DNA of 52,496 nt. It comes from Vulcanimicrobiota bacterium. Lineage in GTDB: Bacteria > Vulcanimicrobiota > Vulcanimicrobiia > Vulcanimicrobiales > Vulcanimicrobiaceae. The notes below the pieces were generated by a model. The model saw nothing but the letters and a program-made list of their open reading frames with translations, was not told where the DNA came from and did not search any database. Below, in pieces: positions 21,130 to 31,518 of this stretch. Numbering within the stretch: position 1 is the first letter of the stretch; the number at the start of each line of letters is the position of its first letter. Location: NCBI GenBank assembly GCA_030038215.1, contig JASHPI010000100.1, forward strand, positions 1-52,496. The letters run 5' to 3'. The translations under genes and the position numbers were made by a program.

Positions 21130-22241
21130 TACCGACCGAGCATGCCGGCCGGGATGACCTCGACCGTGTCACTCGCGAAATTCGTGACGTAGATCTCGCC
21201 GTTCGCGGTAGACTCGGTGATCTCTCGCGGAAAGGCGCCCGTATCGAGCGTTAGCGTTTGTACCGTAGCGCCGCTTAAGAAGGCTTTCGCGTCGACGACG
21301 GTGAGCGTGGACGACGTGGCGTTGGGATTAAAGCGATTGGAGTTTGCCACGACGACGTGTTCGCCGTCGGCGCAGGCCAATAATCCCACCGGCGCTTGGC
21401 CCACTTCGAGTGAAGCGATCAAAGCCTTGGGGGGAGTCGTCCGCAGCTTCGCCGCGTCGAATGCGGCCAGCCGATTGGCGCCGCGCACCGTCACCCAGAG
21501 CACGCGGCCGTCCGGCGAGCCGGCAACACGGACCGGGTCGCAACCGGCCCTGGCCGAGGCGATCAGAGCGAGTCGTGGATTGGCGTGCGCGAGGGAGACG
21601 TCGATTACGGAAAGCCGGCCGGCCGGCATGCCGTTGCCGCACGCGCCGATGCCGGAGCTCGAAAGCTCGCTCGTCGCGTAGAGATAACGGTCGTCCGGCG
21701 AACGATCCAGCCCGACGGGTGCGCGTTCCACGCCGATCGAGCTCACCAGCGAGAGCTGCGGACGCAGTCGGACGACGTCGATGGTCGAGCGACTCTCATT
21801 GCTGAAGAAGGCGTACTTCCCGTCTGCCGACGTGACGACTTCTATCAGTGCGGAATCCGACCCGGCGTTCAGGTACGATACCGACGGGGTCGATCCGCTA
21901 AGCGAGTCGGTCGCGATTTCGGCGTAGCGGTCGCCATCTGCGATAACGAGGGTTTCGCCGTCAGGGGTGAGAGCGAGGCCGGCCGGAAGTCCGTCCACTC
22001 GGACTGTCTCAGCCTGGTCGAAGCGCCCTCCATTGCGCCGGAAAACATAGAGCTCGTTCGGCTGCTCGCGAGGCATCTGAACCGTCACGAAGAGCACCGA
22101 ACCATCGGCTGACGGGAGTGCCATGAACGGATTGCCCGGCACGTCGAGAAAAGCAGGGATAGGGGCGCCGGCCGCCGGCAAACAGAGGGCAAGCATCAGC
22201 GTCAGCACATAGGGCAGCCGTGCTTGCGTAGCGTGATTCAC
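21126..22241 (-). CDS. Secreted beta-propeller repeat protein (YVTN/YncE-like)
   Basis: Trimmed to GTG 22241 to avoid overlap with the divergent amidohydrolase gene. The signal peptide is LPYVLTLMLALCLPAAGA. It has repeated ...DG..L.V.....V.V.D-type blades (LYVFRRNG, LVIADGD, YAFFSNESRSTIDVV, LYATSE, LWVTVRGANRLAAFD, VVVANSN, IYVTNFASDTVEVI). Confidence 0.75.
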   Translation of the reverse strand: MNHATQARLPYVLTLMLALCLPAAGAPIPAFLDVPGNPFMALPSADGSVLFVTVQMPREQPNELYVFRRNGGRFDQAETVRVDGLPAGLALTPDGETLVIADGDRYAEIATDSLSGSTPSVSYLNAGSDSALIEVVTSADGKYAFFSNESRSTIDVVRLRPQLSLVSSIGVERAPVGLDRSPDDRYLYATSELSSSGIGACGNGMPAGRLSVIDVSLAHANPRLALIASARAGCDPVRVAGSPDGRVLWVTVRGANRLAAFDAAKLRTTPPKALIASLEVGQAPVGLLACADGEHVVVANSNRFNPNATSSTLTVVDAKAFLSGATVQTLTLDTGAFPREITESTANGEIYVTNFASDTVEVIPAGMLGRY

Positions 22242-22283
22242 GGTACAGGTCCGGCGCTTAGGGGAAACGTAGTGAAGGATGCA

Positions 22284-23966
22284 ATGGCGCTGAAAAGGCC
22301 GCATTTCCTTCGTTCGCTGCTGACGTTACTCGGCGTGCCGCTGCTGCCGCGCACGGCCGGCGCCGCCGATGCGCCCGCCGATTTGATTGTCACGGGCGCA
22401 ACCATTCACACCGCTGACGAGGCATTTGCTTCGGTTGACGCGTTTGCCGTGCGCGATGGAAAGTTCATCTTCGTCGGCCGTACCTCCGGAGCGATGCGGT
22501 TGCGCGGCGATGCCACGAAGGTCATCGATTTGTCCGGCAAAACCGTTCTGCCCGGACTCATCGATGCGCATCTGCATCTTACCGATATCGGGCTCGCGCT
22601 CCACGAGGTCGAGCTCGAAGGCGCATCGTCATTGGATGAGGTGATTCGCAGAACCGTCGCGTTCGCCAAAACGTCCTCGGATCCGTGGATTTTGGGCGAA
22701 GGCTGGGACCAGAATCTCTGGCCGCATCCCACGTTCCCGACGCACCAGGCGCTCAGCGCCGCGATCCCCGATCGCCCCGTCGCGCTCGATCGCGTCGACG
22801 GTCACGCTCTGTTCGTCAACGCCAGAGCCATGCAAATGGCGGGGATTACGAAAGCCACCGCCGATCCTGCCGGCGGACGCATCGAGCGCAGCGCCGATGG
22901 CGAACCGACGGGCGTCTTCCTCGACAATGCGATGACGCTGGTGTACCGAGTCATCCCGCCGCCGACGCACCAGCAGTTACGGCGCGCTGCGCTCGCGGCG
23001 GCAGAGGAATGTCACCGCTGGGGCGTTACGGCAATAGGCGAGGCGCGCACGTCGGCTGCCGATTTGGCCGTTTATCGCGAGTTGGCAGCTTCGGGTGAGC
23101 TGACGCTGCGCAACTATACGCGCCTCGAGGACGACGAACGTTTGCTGGCAGACCGGCTGACGGCCGGTCCAGTCTCAGCCCAGTACGACGGACGCTTGTG
23201 GATCCGCGGCATCAAGCTTTTCGCCGACGGCGCGCTGGGATCGCGTGGCGCGGCACTGCTCGAGCCATACAGCGACGACCCCAACAACAGCGGGCTGCTC
23301 CGAACGACGCCGGCGCACATCGAGGAGATTGCCGAACGCGCGCTGCGCGCGGGCTTCCAGATGAGCGTCCACGCGATCGGCGACCGCGCCAATCGCGTGG
23401 TGCTCGACGCCTATGAAGAGGCGCTGCGCCGCGTGCCCGTCGACGATCATCGCTTTCGCATCGAGCACGTCCAGGTAATCTCCCCGCAGGACCTGCCGCG
23501 CATCAGTGAGCTGCGCCTGGTCGCCTCGATGCAGACCACTCATCAGATCAGCGACATGGGCTGGGCGCAAGAGCGCTTGGGGCCGCAGCGCATCAAGGGC
23601 GCGTACGCCTGGCGCTCAATTCTGGAGCGGGGAACCATCATCGCAAACGGCACCGATGCTCCGGTGGAACCGGTGAACTCGCTGCGCACGTTTCACGCCG
23701 CGATCACGCGTCAAAACGAACGAAATCAGCCGCCGGGCGGCTGGTACCCGGATCAGCGCATGACGCGCGAGGAGGCGCTGCGGTCCATGACCATCTGGGC
23801 CGCGCGCGCCAACTTTCAGGAAGAGTTCATCGGCTCGATCTCGACCGGAAAGTACGCCGACTTCGTCGTGATGGACCGAGATTGGATGACCGCTGCTCCG
23901 GAAGAGATCATGGACACGGCGATCCTCGCGACGTACTTCGGCGGGAGCCCAGTCTATGCGGCTTGA
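22284..23966 (+). CDS. Metal-dependent amidohydrolase (Amidohydro_3 / YtcJ-like), secreted
   Basis: Trimmed to ATG 22284. The signal peptide is [30 protein letters not shown]. Motifs are GLIDAHLHL (metal-binding HxH), [21 protein letters not shown] and NGTDAPVE. Confidence 0.9.
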   Translation: MALKRPHFLRSLLTLLGVPLLPRTAGAADAPADLIVTGATIHTADEAFASVDAFAVRDGKFIFVGRTSGAMRLRGDATKVIDLSGKTVLPGLIDAHLHLTDIGLALHEVELEGASSLDEVIRRTVAFAKTSSDPWILGEGWDQNLWPHPTFPTHQALSAAIPDRPVALDRVDGHALFVNARAMQMAGITKATADPAGGRIERSADGEPTGVFLDNAMTLVYRVIPPPTHQQLRRAALAAAEECHRWGVTAIGEARTSAADLAVYRELAASGELTLRNYTRLEDDERLLADRLTAGPVSAQYDGRLWIRGIKLFADGALGSRGAALLEPYSDDPNNSGLLRTTPAHIEEIAERALRAGFQMSVHAIGDRANRVVLDAYEEALRRVPVDDHRFRIEHVQVISPQDLPRISELRLVASMQTTHQISDMGWAQERLGPQRIKGAYAWRSILERGTIIANGTDAPVEPVNSLRTFHAAITRQNERNQPPGGWYPDQRMTREEALRSMTIWAARANFQEEFIGSISTGKYADFVVMDRDWMTAAPEEIMDTAILATYFGGSPVYAA

Positions 23967-25266
23967 CGCACCAATGCGGGGAGCCGCGCTGGCGGTTGCC
24001 GCCGCGGCCTTGTGGGTCGGATGCGCGCAGTTCTCGAGCGGCCTGCCCAGCCCAACTCGCGGGGTTTTTGAGAGCCTGCGCTCGGCGGCGCGGCCGGATG
24101 GTGACGGAAGCCTCGTCAAGCGTGCCATCAAGAAGGCGTTGGCTGCGATGCCGGCCCCGACTCCGCCTGGGCTGGCGATCGCCGTCTATTTCAAAGGCAA
24201 GACCTATTACTACTATCAAGGCGTTCGCGCGCTCGGCGGAAAGCCAATCGACTCGGAGAGCATCTTCGAGCTCGGCTCGCTGACGAAGACCTTCACCGCG
24301 ATCATGCTCGCGACCGACGTGAATCAGCGAGCCGGCGGCGTTACGCTCTCCGACCATCCGGTACCGTGGATCGTCTTTGCCGGCAATCCGAATCAAGTTG
24401 CGCCGCACCCGGTACAAACGACCTGCGCGACTCCGACGGCCACACCCGTCCCGCGCAGCGACTACGGTACGGTCAAGGAGATGACGCTCGAGGAGCTTGC
24501 GACCCATACGTCGGGGCTGCCGTATACGCCGCCTCCGCCGAATGGGTTCATCGTGCAGCGCCAATGCTATTCGCCCCAGCAGCTCGTGAACTACATCGAA
24601 GCGGGACGATTTCCGACGCCGCCGGCGCCCTGGGTTTATTCAAACATCGCGTTCGGATACTTGGGTTACGTGTTGCAAGGCGTGAACCGCAAAGTCACCG
24701 GAAAGACCACACCGTGGTACGATCTAGCGCGCGATCAGATCATCGATCCGCTGAAGATGACGCACACCTACGGGCTGAACGTGCCGCGCGACAGGCGAGC
24801 CGAATACGTTCAGCCGTATCGGTTCGAGGGCGGGCGGCCGGTGAAGGCGCTGCACTGGACGTGGGATCCATATCCGGCTGCCGGCGTTTTGCGATCGACC
24901 GCGACGGACATGACGACGTTTCTCGAACTGGCCTTACGCCTCAAGGGTCCGGCCGCCCTCATCGCCGGGGCAAAGACCGCCGAAAAAGCGTACACCAAGA
25001 ACAATTTCGGCGATGGTCAAGGCTTGGCGTGGGAGTACGTACCGCTTTACGTACAAGATCCGACCGAACCGCCTCCCCCCCAAGTGATTTGGAAGGACGG
25101 CGGGACCGCCGGCTGCAGCACCTGGGTCGGTCTGCTGTTTAAGCCCGCCAAACAGGTCGCCGGCATCGTCGTGTTGACCAACGGTGCGAATATGCCGGTC
25201 GGTCCGCTCGCGCGCGCGGTGTTGACCCCGCTCTATCTGAACGAGGTCGAGTCGCAAAGGAATTAA
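23956..25266 (+). CDS. Serine hydrolase of the beta-lactamase (class C / DD-peptidase-like) family, probable lipoprotein
   Basis: The SxxK motif sits in FELGSLTKTFTAIMLA, with YSN in WVYSNIAFGYLG. ATG 23974 is an alternative start and gives MRGAALAVAAAALWVGC (lipobox). Confidence 0.85.
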   Translation: MRLDAPMRGAALAVAAAALWVGCAQFSSGLPSPTRGVFESLRSAARPDGDGSLVKRAIKKALAAMPAPTPPGLAIAVYFKGKTYYYYQGVRALGGKPIDSESIFELGSLTKTFTAIMLATDVNQRAGGVTLSDHPVPWIVFAGNPNQVAPHPVQTTCATPTATPVPRSDYGTVKEMTLEELATHTSGLPYTPPPPNGFIVQRQCYSPQQLVNYIEAGRFPTPPAPWVYSNIAFGYLGYVLQGVNRKVTGKTTPWYDLARDQIIDPLKMTHTYGLNVPRDRRAEYVQPYRFEGGRPVKALHWTWDPYPAAGVLRSTATDMTTFLELALRLKGPAALIAGAKTAEKAYTKNNFGDGQGLAWEYVPLYVQDPTEPPPPQVIWKDGGTAGCSTWVGLLFKPAKQVAGIVVLTNGANMPVGPLARAVLTPLYLNEVESQRN

Positions 25267-25637
25267 ATGCGTTCCGGTATCGTGGTGCGTTCGTTTTGAA
25301 CGTTGCCGGTGTTCAATGTCGTTTTCGGTTCGAGCAGAAGGACTTTCGTCCCCGGCGCCGCCACGGGCTTGTGCTCCACGCCGTGCGGAACGATCAGGAA
25401 CTCGCCCGGGCCGAAGCGTTCGCTGCGTTCCGCCCCGTCGTCACGGTAGAACATGTCGAGCGCGCCGTCGATGACCAGGAAGAGTTCGTCCTCGAGGTCG
25501 TGATGGTGCCAGATGAACTCACCATCGGGCTTCACGAGCTTGACGTGGAGATCGTTGAGCTCGCCCACGATCTTCGGCTTCCACTTGTCGTCGAAGAGCT
25601 CAAATTTTTCCGAGAGCGTAACCTTCTCTAACTTCAT
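25263..25637 (-). CDS. Cupin-domain protein
   Basis: Trimmed to ATG 25637, which has GGAGG 13 nt upstream. It begins MKLEKVTLSEKFELFDDKWKPKIVGELNDLHVKLVKPDGEFIWHHHDLEDELFLVIDGAL...IVPHGVEHKP, containing the cupin motifs. Confidence 0.85.
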   Translation of the reverse strand: MKLEKVTLSEKFELFDDKWKPKIVGELNDLHVKLVKPDGEFIWHHHDLEDELFLVIDGALDMFYRDDGAERSERFGPGEFLIVPHGVEHKPVAAPGTKVLLLEPKTTLNTGNVQNERTTIPERI

Positions 25638-25709
25638 GGATACTACGAAACCTCCGGGTCGGACCGGGTTGCTCATGTGCACCACGCGAAAGCCCGGTGA
25701 GCAAAAGGG

Positions 25710-26441
25710 ATGGAACTCGTAACTGAAGCCGGCGCCGTCTTCGAAACCGATCACTGCGGTTGCAGCGCAATGCGGCACCATCGGCATGGATTACCGTTTA
25801 TAACGATCGTCCTGCGCGGGTCGTACATCGAAGTTCAAGATACGGTGCCCGAGGTTTGCCGAGGCGGCACGATCGTGGTCCACGAGGCAGGCGAAGAGCA
25901 TGCCGACCGGTTCGCCAGCGACACGCGCTGCCTCAACGTCGAGTTGCCGAGCGCAACCGGCGTCGTGTATCCCCTCGGAACCTTCGGTCTCGATCATCAG
26001 GCGCTCCGCGATGCCGTGGGATGGGTCGTTCGATCTTTTTACGATCGCACGCACGAACTCTCCGACGCCGTAAGCAACTTGCACGCGGCACTGGTCCAGC
26101 GCTCTCGCGAACCCGCGTCCGAACGTCCGCATTGGCTGCGGCGTGCGATCGACGAGTTCCCATGGGCGCACACGGTCCCGTTTCGTGAAGCAGCCGCGAT
26201 CGCGGGGGTGCACGAGACGCACTTCAGCCGGGCTTTTTGCCGCCACATCGGCATGACGGCAAACGAATACCGCTCGCGCGTCCGCGTCCGCCTGGCCTCC
26301 AAACTGCTCTTGACGACTACCTCGTCGCTGGCGCGCATCGCTTTGAACGCCGGATTTAGCGATCAGAGCCACCTCACGCGCGTCTTCAGCCAGCGGCTGG
26401 GCCTCTCGCCGGCCGGCTACCGCCGGACCTTCGCGCGCTAA
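25710..26441 (+). CDS. AraC-family transcriptional regulator, divergent from the cupin gene
   Basis: The C-terminal double HTH reads AAAIAGVHETHFSRAFCRHIGMTANEYRSRVRVRLASKLLLTTTSSLARIALNAGFSDQSHLTRVFSQRLGLSPAGYRR. The start is uncertain (25710 or ATG 25770). Confidence 0.85.
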   Translation: MELVTEAGAVFETDHCGCSAMRHHRHGLPFITIVLRGSYIEVQDTVPEVCRGGTIVVHEAGEEHADRFASDTRCLNVELPSATGVVYPLGTFGLDHQALRDAVGWVVRSFYDRTHELSDAVSNLHAALVQRSREPASERPHWLRRAIDEFPWAHTVPFREAAAIAGVHETHFSRAFCRHIGMTANEYRSRVRVRLASKLLLTTTSSLARIALNAGFSDQSHLTRVFSQRLGLSPAGYRRTFAR

Positions 26442-26485
26442 GAATCTTCAAGACCCCGGCGGCGCACCGGGAGTACCCTGGAAAC

Positions 26486-28285
26486 ATGATCGTCGCGGCT
26501 GTCTCATTTACGTTCGCTTGCAGTGCGGCCGCCGTGCTCGGGCAGGTTGCCGCCGCCACCGGCGGCGCTTCCTGGACGGGCGTGAGCGAGGTCGTCGCCT
26601 CGGGCCGGCTAACGAGCTCGGGATTGTACGGCACCGCGCAGACGTACGATGATCTGCACGACGGGCGCTTTGCGCTGCGCTTCCGGCTGCCGGTCAAGGG
26701 AACAAGCGCCCGGGTTTACGATGGGCACACCGTCTGGGCGCGCGATGTCTCCGGCGGCGTTCATCCGTACGACTCGTGGTATCCGCGAGCGCGGGCCGTC
26801 ACCGAGTCCTATCTCACGCGGCGCGCCTATCTCCAACCGCATGAAAGCGTGGGTGCTACCTGCGTTGGTGTTGCGAAGAACGGAATCCCATCAGCGCTGG
26901 TGCGACTTGCGCCAAGCGGCGGTATCCCGGCGACGCTCTCGATCGATACGCGAACGCATCTGATCGACTCCGTAGCGATCAGGACGCCGATCACGACCGA
27001 TCTGACGACCTTTGCCGATTATCGACAGGCTGGGGCACTGGTGCTACCGTACGCGATTGCGTTCTCGAGCACGTACGAGCCGGCCAACGCCGATCGGATC
27101 GAGGTAACACGCTACGCGATCATGCCGCGCGTGAACGCGGCCGATTTTGCGAGGCCCGCCGCTCGCCAAAGCGCGCGCATGCTCGGCGGTACCGGCTCGA
27201 CAACCGTGCCGATCGTGCTGGAGGGACGTCAGCTTCTGGTGTGGGCCTCGATCGACGGCCGTCCGGCGATGCCATTCATCCTCGACACGGGCGGTCACGC
27301 GATCCTCGACACGGTGGCCGCGAAGACGCTCGGGCTGCGCGCGGCGGGAGCCGGCGTGAGCGGCGGCGCCGGCGCCGGGACGATCGCGCTGCAGTACGCG
27401 CGCATCAGAAGCGTCCGTATCGGCGATGCCGAGTTGCTCGATCAGCCCTTCCTCGTCATCCCGTATCCTTACGACTTCTACGAGCGCGGGCGCAAGGCAC
27501 CGCTGGCGGGAATTCTGGGACTCGAATGGTTCGAGCGCTACGCGGCGACCATCGATTACGCCCGGCGGACTCTTACGCTGACACCGCTTCGCGCCTTCAG
27601 CTACGACGGACACGGAACGCCCGTGCCGATGCGGTTCCAGGAAGACATGCCTCTCGCGCGCGCCTCTGCCGAGGGCCACGACGGCTCCTTCGGGGTGGAC
27701 ACCGGCAATGCCGGAGTCGTCGTGCTCTACGGCGATTTCCTGGGCCGGTCGGGACTGCTCGCAAAACACGTTCGCGGCTACGCGCAGCTCGGCAAAGGCA
27801 CCGGCGGTACGAACAGCGGACGAATCGAGATGCTCTCGAGCTTTGCGATCGGCGGTCATACGCTCCCAAGCCTCGCCGCCTACTTCACGCAAATGAAGAG
27901 CGGCTCGTTCTCATCGTGGACGGAGGCGGGCGATTTGGGCCTGACGGTGCTCTCGCGCTTCACGCCGACCTTCGATTACGCCAACCAAATGCTCTATCTC
28001 GATCCGGCTGCGCATCCGCTAGTCATCGCGCCGAACCGGTCGGGGCTCACCTTCGAGAAGAACCAGCCCGGCGCGATCGACGTGCTTGCCGTGCGGCCGA
28101 ACTCGGCGGCGTCCGAAGTCGGCATCGTCGCCGGCGACCAGATTGTGGCGGTTAATGGAAAGGGCGCGCGAGATCTTTCGAGCGCCGACTTTCTCGACGC
28201 CGTCACCGCCCCTAGGGGAACGGCCGTGCAGCTTACCATCGCGCACGGCGCGACCACGCGGGCCGTCGAGCTCATCTTGCACTAG
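26486..28285 (+). CDS. Secreted protein with two retropepsin-like aspartyl-protease lobes and a C-terminal PDZ domain
   Basis: There are two D-T-G motifs: FILDTGGHAILD (27284-27292) and FGVDTGNAGVVVL (27698-27706). The PDZ-like C-terminus is VLAVRPNSAASEVGIVAGDQIVAVNGKGARDLS. The N-terminus is hydrophobic. Confidence 0.8.
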   Translation: MIVAAVSFTFACSAAAVLGQVAAATGGASWTGVSEVVASGRLTSSGLYGTAQTYDDLHDGRFALRFRLPVKGTSARVYDGHTVWARDVSGGVHPYDSWYPRARAVTESYLTRRAYLQPHESVGATCVGVAKNGIPSALVRLAPSGGIPATLSIDTRTHLIDSVAIRTPITTDLTTFADYRQAGALVLPYAIAFSSTYEPANADRIEVTRYAIMPRVNAADFARPAARQSARMLGGTGSTTVPIVLEGRQLLVWASIDGRPAMPFILDTGGHAILDTVAAKTLGLRAAGAGVSGGAGAGTIALQYARIRSVRIGDAELLDQPFLVIPYPYDFYERGRKAPLAGILGLEWFERYAATIDYARRTLTLTPLRAFSYDGHGTPVPMRFQEDMPLARASAEGHDGSFGVDTGNAGVVVLYGDFLGRSGLLAKHVRGYAQLGKGTGGTNSGRIEMLSSFAIGGHTLPSLAAYFTQMKSGSFSSWTEAGDLGLTVLSRFTPTFDYANQMLYLDPAAHPLVIAPNRSGLTFEKNQPGAIDVLAVRPNSAASEVGIVAGDQIVAVNGKGARDLSSADFLDAVTAPRGTAVQLTIAHGATTRAVELILH

Positions 28286-28400
28286 CTCGCGCGGGCAGCC
28301 GCCATCCTGCTTTCCAGGCGGGATGCCGAAACGTCCATGCTTGCCCGAGCGCCTTTGCGCACGTACACTACCTCTAGAGAGCTAACGACGAGGACGACCG

Positions 28401-29513
28401 ATGAGTGGGGAAACCTCTCCCTTCAAGGTGGAGCGACTCGGAATCGTGATGCGCCCCGATCCCTCGCGCGAAGACGAGGTCGAGGGGGTGCTCAACCCCG
28501 GCGCGGCGCGTGGTCCCGACGGTGAGCTCTACCTGTTTCCGCGCCTGGTCGGTAAGAACAACTTCTCGCGGGTCGGCATCGCGCGCGTCTTGTTCGACGA
28601 CAACGGGAACCCGCGCGGCGTCGAGCGCCTCGGCTACGCGCTCGAACCGGAGGAGCCCTACGAGCTGCGCCCGGTTGAAGGCAGCGGCGGCTGCGAAGAT
28701 CCGCGCGTAACCTTCCTCGAGCCGCTGGGGCTCTACGTCATGACCTACGTCGCCTGGGGTCCCAAAGGTCCGCGCATCGCGCTGGCCATCTCTGAAGATT
28801 TGCTGGAATGGGAGCGCTTGGGGCTGGTCAGCTTTCAACCCGACGTGGAAGCGAAGTACGGCGTCATCTTCAACAACTACCACAACAAGGATGCGGCGTT
28901 CTTTCCGCATGCGATCCCGATGGCGGACGGAACGATCGTGCTCGGAATGCTGCACCGGCCGTTTTACGACGAATCGCACGCGCCAAAGGGCATCCACGAC
29001 ACGCTGCCAAGCATCTGGGTTTCGGGATGCGAGCTCGAGTGGGCGCTGCGCGACGTGCGCAATCTCTGCGTGATGCGCAAGCATGCGCTCTTGATCGATC
29101 CGGAGCAGTCGTGGGAGAGGCTGCGCATAGGCGTCGGAACCCCGCCCGTGCGAACGCCGCTCGGCTTCCTTATGATCTATCACGGCGTCAGCGGTGTGCT
29201 CGCCCGTAATGCATCGGAGCAGAATCGCGTCGAGTACGTTGCCGGCGTCCTGGTGGTGCACCGTGAAGGCGAACAGCTGATGGAGTACCGTTCCTCATCG
29301 CCGATTTTGATGCCCGAGGTAGAAGAAGAGACCCAAGGAACCGTCAACAACGTCGTCTTCCCGACCGGCGTCGACGACCGCGGGAACGGCGTCCTCGACA
29401 TCTACTACGGGATGGCGGACAAATATATCGGCGTTGCACGCCTGCACCTGCCCGAGCAGCTCCCTCTCGAAGCGCACGAGTTGCTCGAGGTCCAACGCCT
29501 TCACCGGCAATGA
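28401..29513 (+). CDS. Glycoside hydrolase family 130-like (beta-mannoside phosphorylase/hydrolase, DUF377 type), cytoplasmic
   Basis: GAGGA lies upstream of ATG 28401. Motifs are VLNPGAARGPDGELYLFPR and GGCEDPRVTFLEPLGLYVMTYVAW, with DIYYGMADKYIGVA at the C-terminus. There is no signal peptide. Confidence 0.8.
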   Translation: MSGETSPFKVERLGIVMRPDPSREDEVEGVLNPGAARGPDGELYLFPRLVGKNNFSRVGIARVLFDDNGNPRGVERLGYALEPEEPYELRPVEGSGGCEDPRVTFLEPLGLYVMTYVAWGPKGPRIALAISEDLLEWERLGLVSFQPDVEAKYGVIFNNYHNKDAAFFPHAIPMADGTIVLGMLHRPFYDESHAPKGIHDTLPSIWVSGCELEWALRDVRNLCVMRKHALLIDPEQSWERLRIGVGTPPVRTPLGFLMIYHGVSGVLARNASEQNRVEYVAGVLVVHREGEQLMEYRSSSPILMPEVEEETQGTVNNVVFPTGVDDRGNGVLDIYYGMADKYIGVARLHLPEQLPLEAHELLEVQRLHRQ

Positions 29514-30709
29514 CGTCGAGACACTGGCTGGTTCCCGACGCACGAGCCTGGTTCGCGCCCGTGGCTTGGAGCTTGGGCCTCGCCGCGCTGACGGTGACGT
29601 ACGCAAACGTCGCGCTGCAGCTCTTTCACGCCCGAAGGTTTCTTCCGGGAACCAAGTTCGTCATCGAACAAGCGTATGCAGGCCTGCACGCGCCCTCGCA
29701 GGTCGAAGGGCTGGCCCTGGCCTACCCGCCGATTCCAATCATCGCCTTTGCCGTGCTCGGCCGTCCGGAGATCGCATCCACGGTTTTCGCGGTCGCCGCC
29801 ACGCTGGCGCTCATCGGCCTGGCGATGTGCACGTCCGACCTGATCTCGACCGTGTTGCTGGTGCTGGCGCTGCTAACGCCGGCCGTCACGACGGATGCGC
29901 TCGCAGATGCGTCGGCGTGGCTCTTTGCCGCGATGCTGGCTTGGTCGATGTACCTGCTCGTTCGGTTCACCGAACGTGAATATTCTGTCTATCTTTTCGG
30001 CGCGGGCCTGCTGATCGCATTCGGCTCGTTCATCGACGTTCGAATCGGCGCGTTCGCGGCGCTGGCAAGTGTATCTCTGTTCGTCTTATATGCCTTGAAG
30101 CGGCAGCCGTATGAAGGGCTCAGCGTCATCGTGGCAATGATTTTTCCGATCGTCTATTTTGCCGCCGCCTGGGCCTTCGTGTCGTGGGTCTTTGAGCGGC
30201 AACTGGCGTTGCTGGTTCCGCATCTCAATTTGCGCCCGGTCCTTGCGGCCTACCCGGTGGCGATCGCGTCGTTCGTGGTAGCGACCTGCGTCGGGATCAG
30301 TTGTCGAACGGCGTATCGCCGGTTTGCCATCGCGATCTTCCTGTCGTTGCTGGTGATCGTCTTTCTTGCTTCGATCACCGGGCTCGCGTTCGGGGCGGGT
30401 GAGTTTGCGCTGCTGGGTCTGGCCTGCTCCCTGGCCGCGGTCACTCAGGTCGAGAACGTTTGGCTGCGCCGCTTCGCCGCGCTGGTCGTGCTGGCATCGG
30501 CCGTCGCGCTCAGTTATACGCTTCCGCCACTCGTTCCGCAGACGTTGAATCTGCGGGCGACCGAGACCATCGCTCCTCCGGCCGTGACGCATGCATCCTG
30601 GGAAAGTTACGTCGTGGGGATACGTTTGACGCTCGCAGTTCTCCTGGGGGTCGGCGTCGTGCTCCTCGGCATTCACTCTTTGAAAAAGCTCACGGGCAGC
30701 ACGGCGTGA
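29510..30709 (+). CDS. Polytopic membrane protein (about 11 helices) of unknown function; possibly a GT-C or polymerase-like component
   Basis: It has an ATGA overlap with the GH130 gene. The sequence is almost entirely hydrophobic helices. No diagnostic motif was recognised. Confidence 0.75.
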   Translation: MTSRHWLVPDARAWFAPVAWSLGLAALTVTYANVALQLFHARRFLPGTKFVIEQAYAGLHAPSQVEGLALAYPPIPIIAFAVLGRPEIASTVFAVAATLALIGLAMCTSDLISTVLLVLALLTPAVTTDALADASAWLFAAMLAWSMYLLVRFTEREYSVYLFGAGLLIAFGSFIDVRIGAFAALASVSLFVLYALKRQPYEGLSVIVAMIFPIVYFAAAWAFVSWVFERQLALLVPHLNLRPVLAAYPVAIASFVVATCVGISCRTAYRRFAIAIFLSLLVIVFLASITGLAFGAGEFALLGLACSLAAVTQVENVWLRRFAALVVLASAVALSYTLPPLVPQTLNLRATETIAPPAVTHASWESYVVGIRLTLAVLLGVGVVLLGIHSLKKLTGSTA

Positions 30710-31518
30710 GCGCGCGATCGAGCCTGCTCGCGGCCATTATCATGCTGCTGCCGGCGACGGCAGCCGCTCAGACGGCGCCGCGCCTACCGGGGAACACGTT
30801 TTTCAGCCTGACGCAATCCGTTTATAACTCGACGGACTTTTGGAACGACAGCGGCATTCGCGAGCCCAACGGCTGTAACTTCTTCCAGGCCGCGACCGTG
30901 CTGTATCTGGAACACGGATTCAACGCAACCGATACCGGGAGCGTGCGCTTCGAATACGACCACCTGGCCTGCGGGGCTTCGTCGCAAAACGGCTTGAATG
31001 ACACCACGTTGGCCTGGCTGCACCAACTGCGCCATTCGGCCACGACCAGCTTTTCGTGGAGGGCGGAAGCGATCGTTCCCGGCGGTTACAACATCGGCGC
31101 AACGCCGCGGATCGGTTACGGACGCTTCGGCGGACAGTTCGGCGCCGTCTACGAGGGAAGCTTTCGCAGCGAAGGCGGCTACGGTTTCTACTCGATCGAG
31201 AGCTCGCTCCGAGGTTACTTCGGCTATCCCGCGCCGCAGCTGCGCACCTTCGGCCAGATCGGCGAGGATATCAGCCCCCGCGTGCAGCTGATCGGTCAGG
31301 TTGAATGGAACCAGGCGCTGGGAGCCGGGCACGCGCTCACCAACGTGGGGCTCAACCCGCTGATCTTTCCCAGCTACAGCGATGCGCAGACGTGGGCGAT
31401 CCTGCGCATCAAGGTAGCGCCACACCTCTCGCTGGTTGGCAGCACGTCCTACGTCTTCTGGGGACGCAATTACGGTATAGGTTCGACAAGTGCAATCGGT
31501 CTTTGGGGCGACTTCTGA
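30706..31518 (+). CDS. Putative outer-membrane beta-barrel protein
   Basis: The 30460..31518 ORF is trimmed to GTG 30706, giving a GTGA overlap with the previous stop. The signal peptide is VSARSSLLAAIIMLLPATAAAQ. It shows alternating aromatic/Gly-rich strands and a C-terminal ...AIGLWGDF ending in Phe. Confidence 0.6.
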   Translation: MSARSSLLAAIIMLLPATAAAQTAPRLPGNTFFSLTQSVYNSTDFWNDSGIREPNGCNFFQAATVLYLEHGFNATDTGSVRFEYDHLACGASSQNGLNDTTLAWLHQLRHSATTSFSWRAEAIVPGGYNIGATPRIGYGRFGGQFGAVYEGSFRSEGGYGFYSIESSLRGYFGYPAPQLRTFGQIGEDISPRVQLIGQVEWNQALGAGHALTNVGLNPLIFPSYSDAQTWAILRIKVAPHLSLVGSTSYVFWGRNYGIGSTSAIGLWGDF

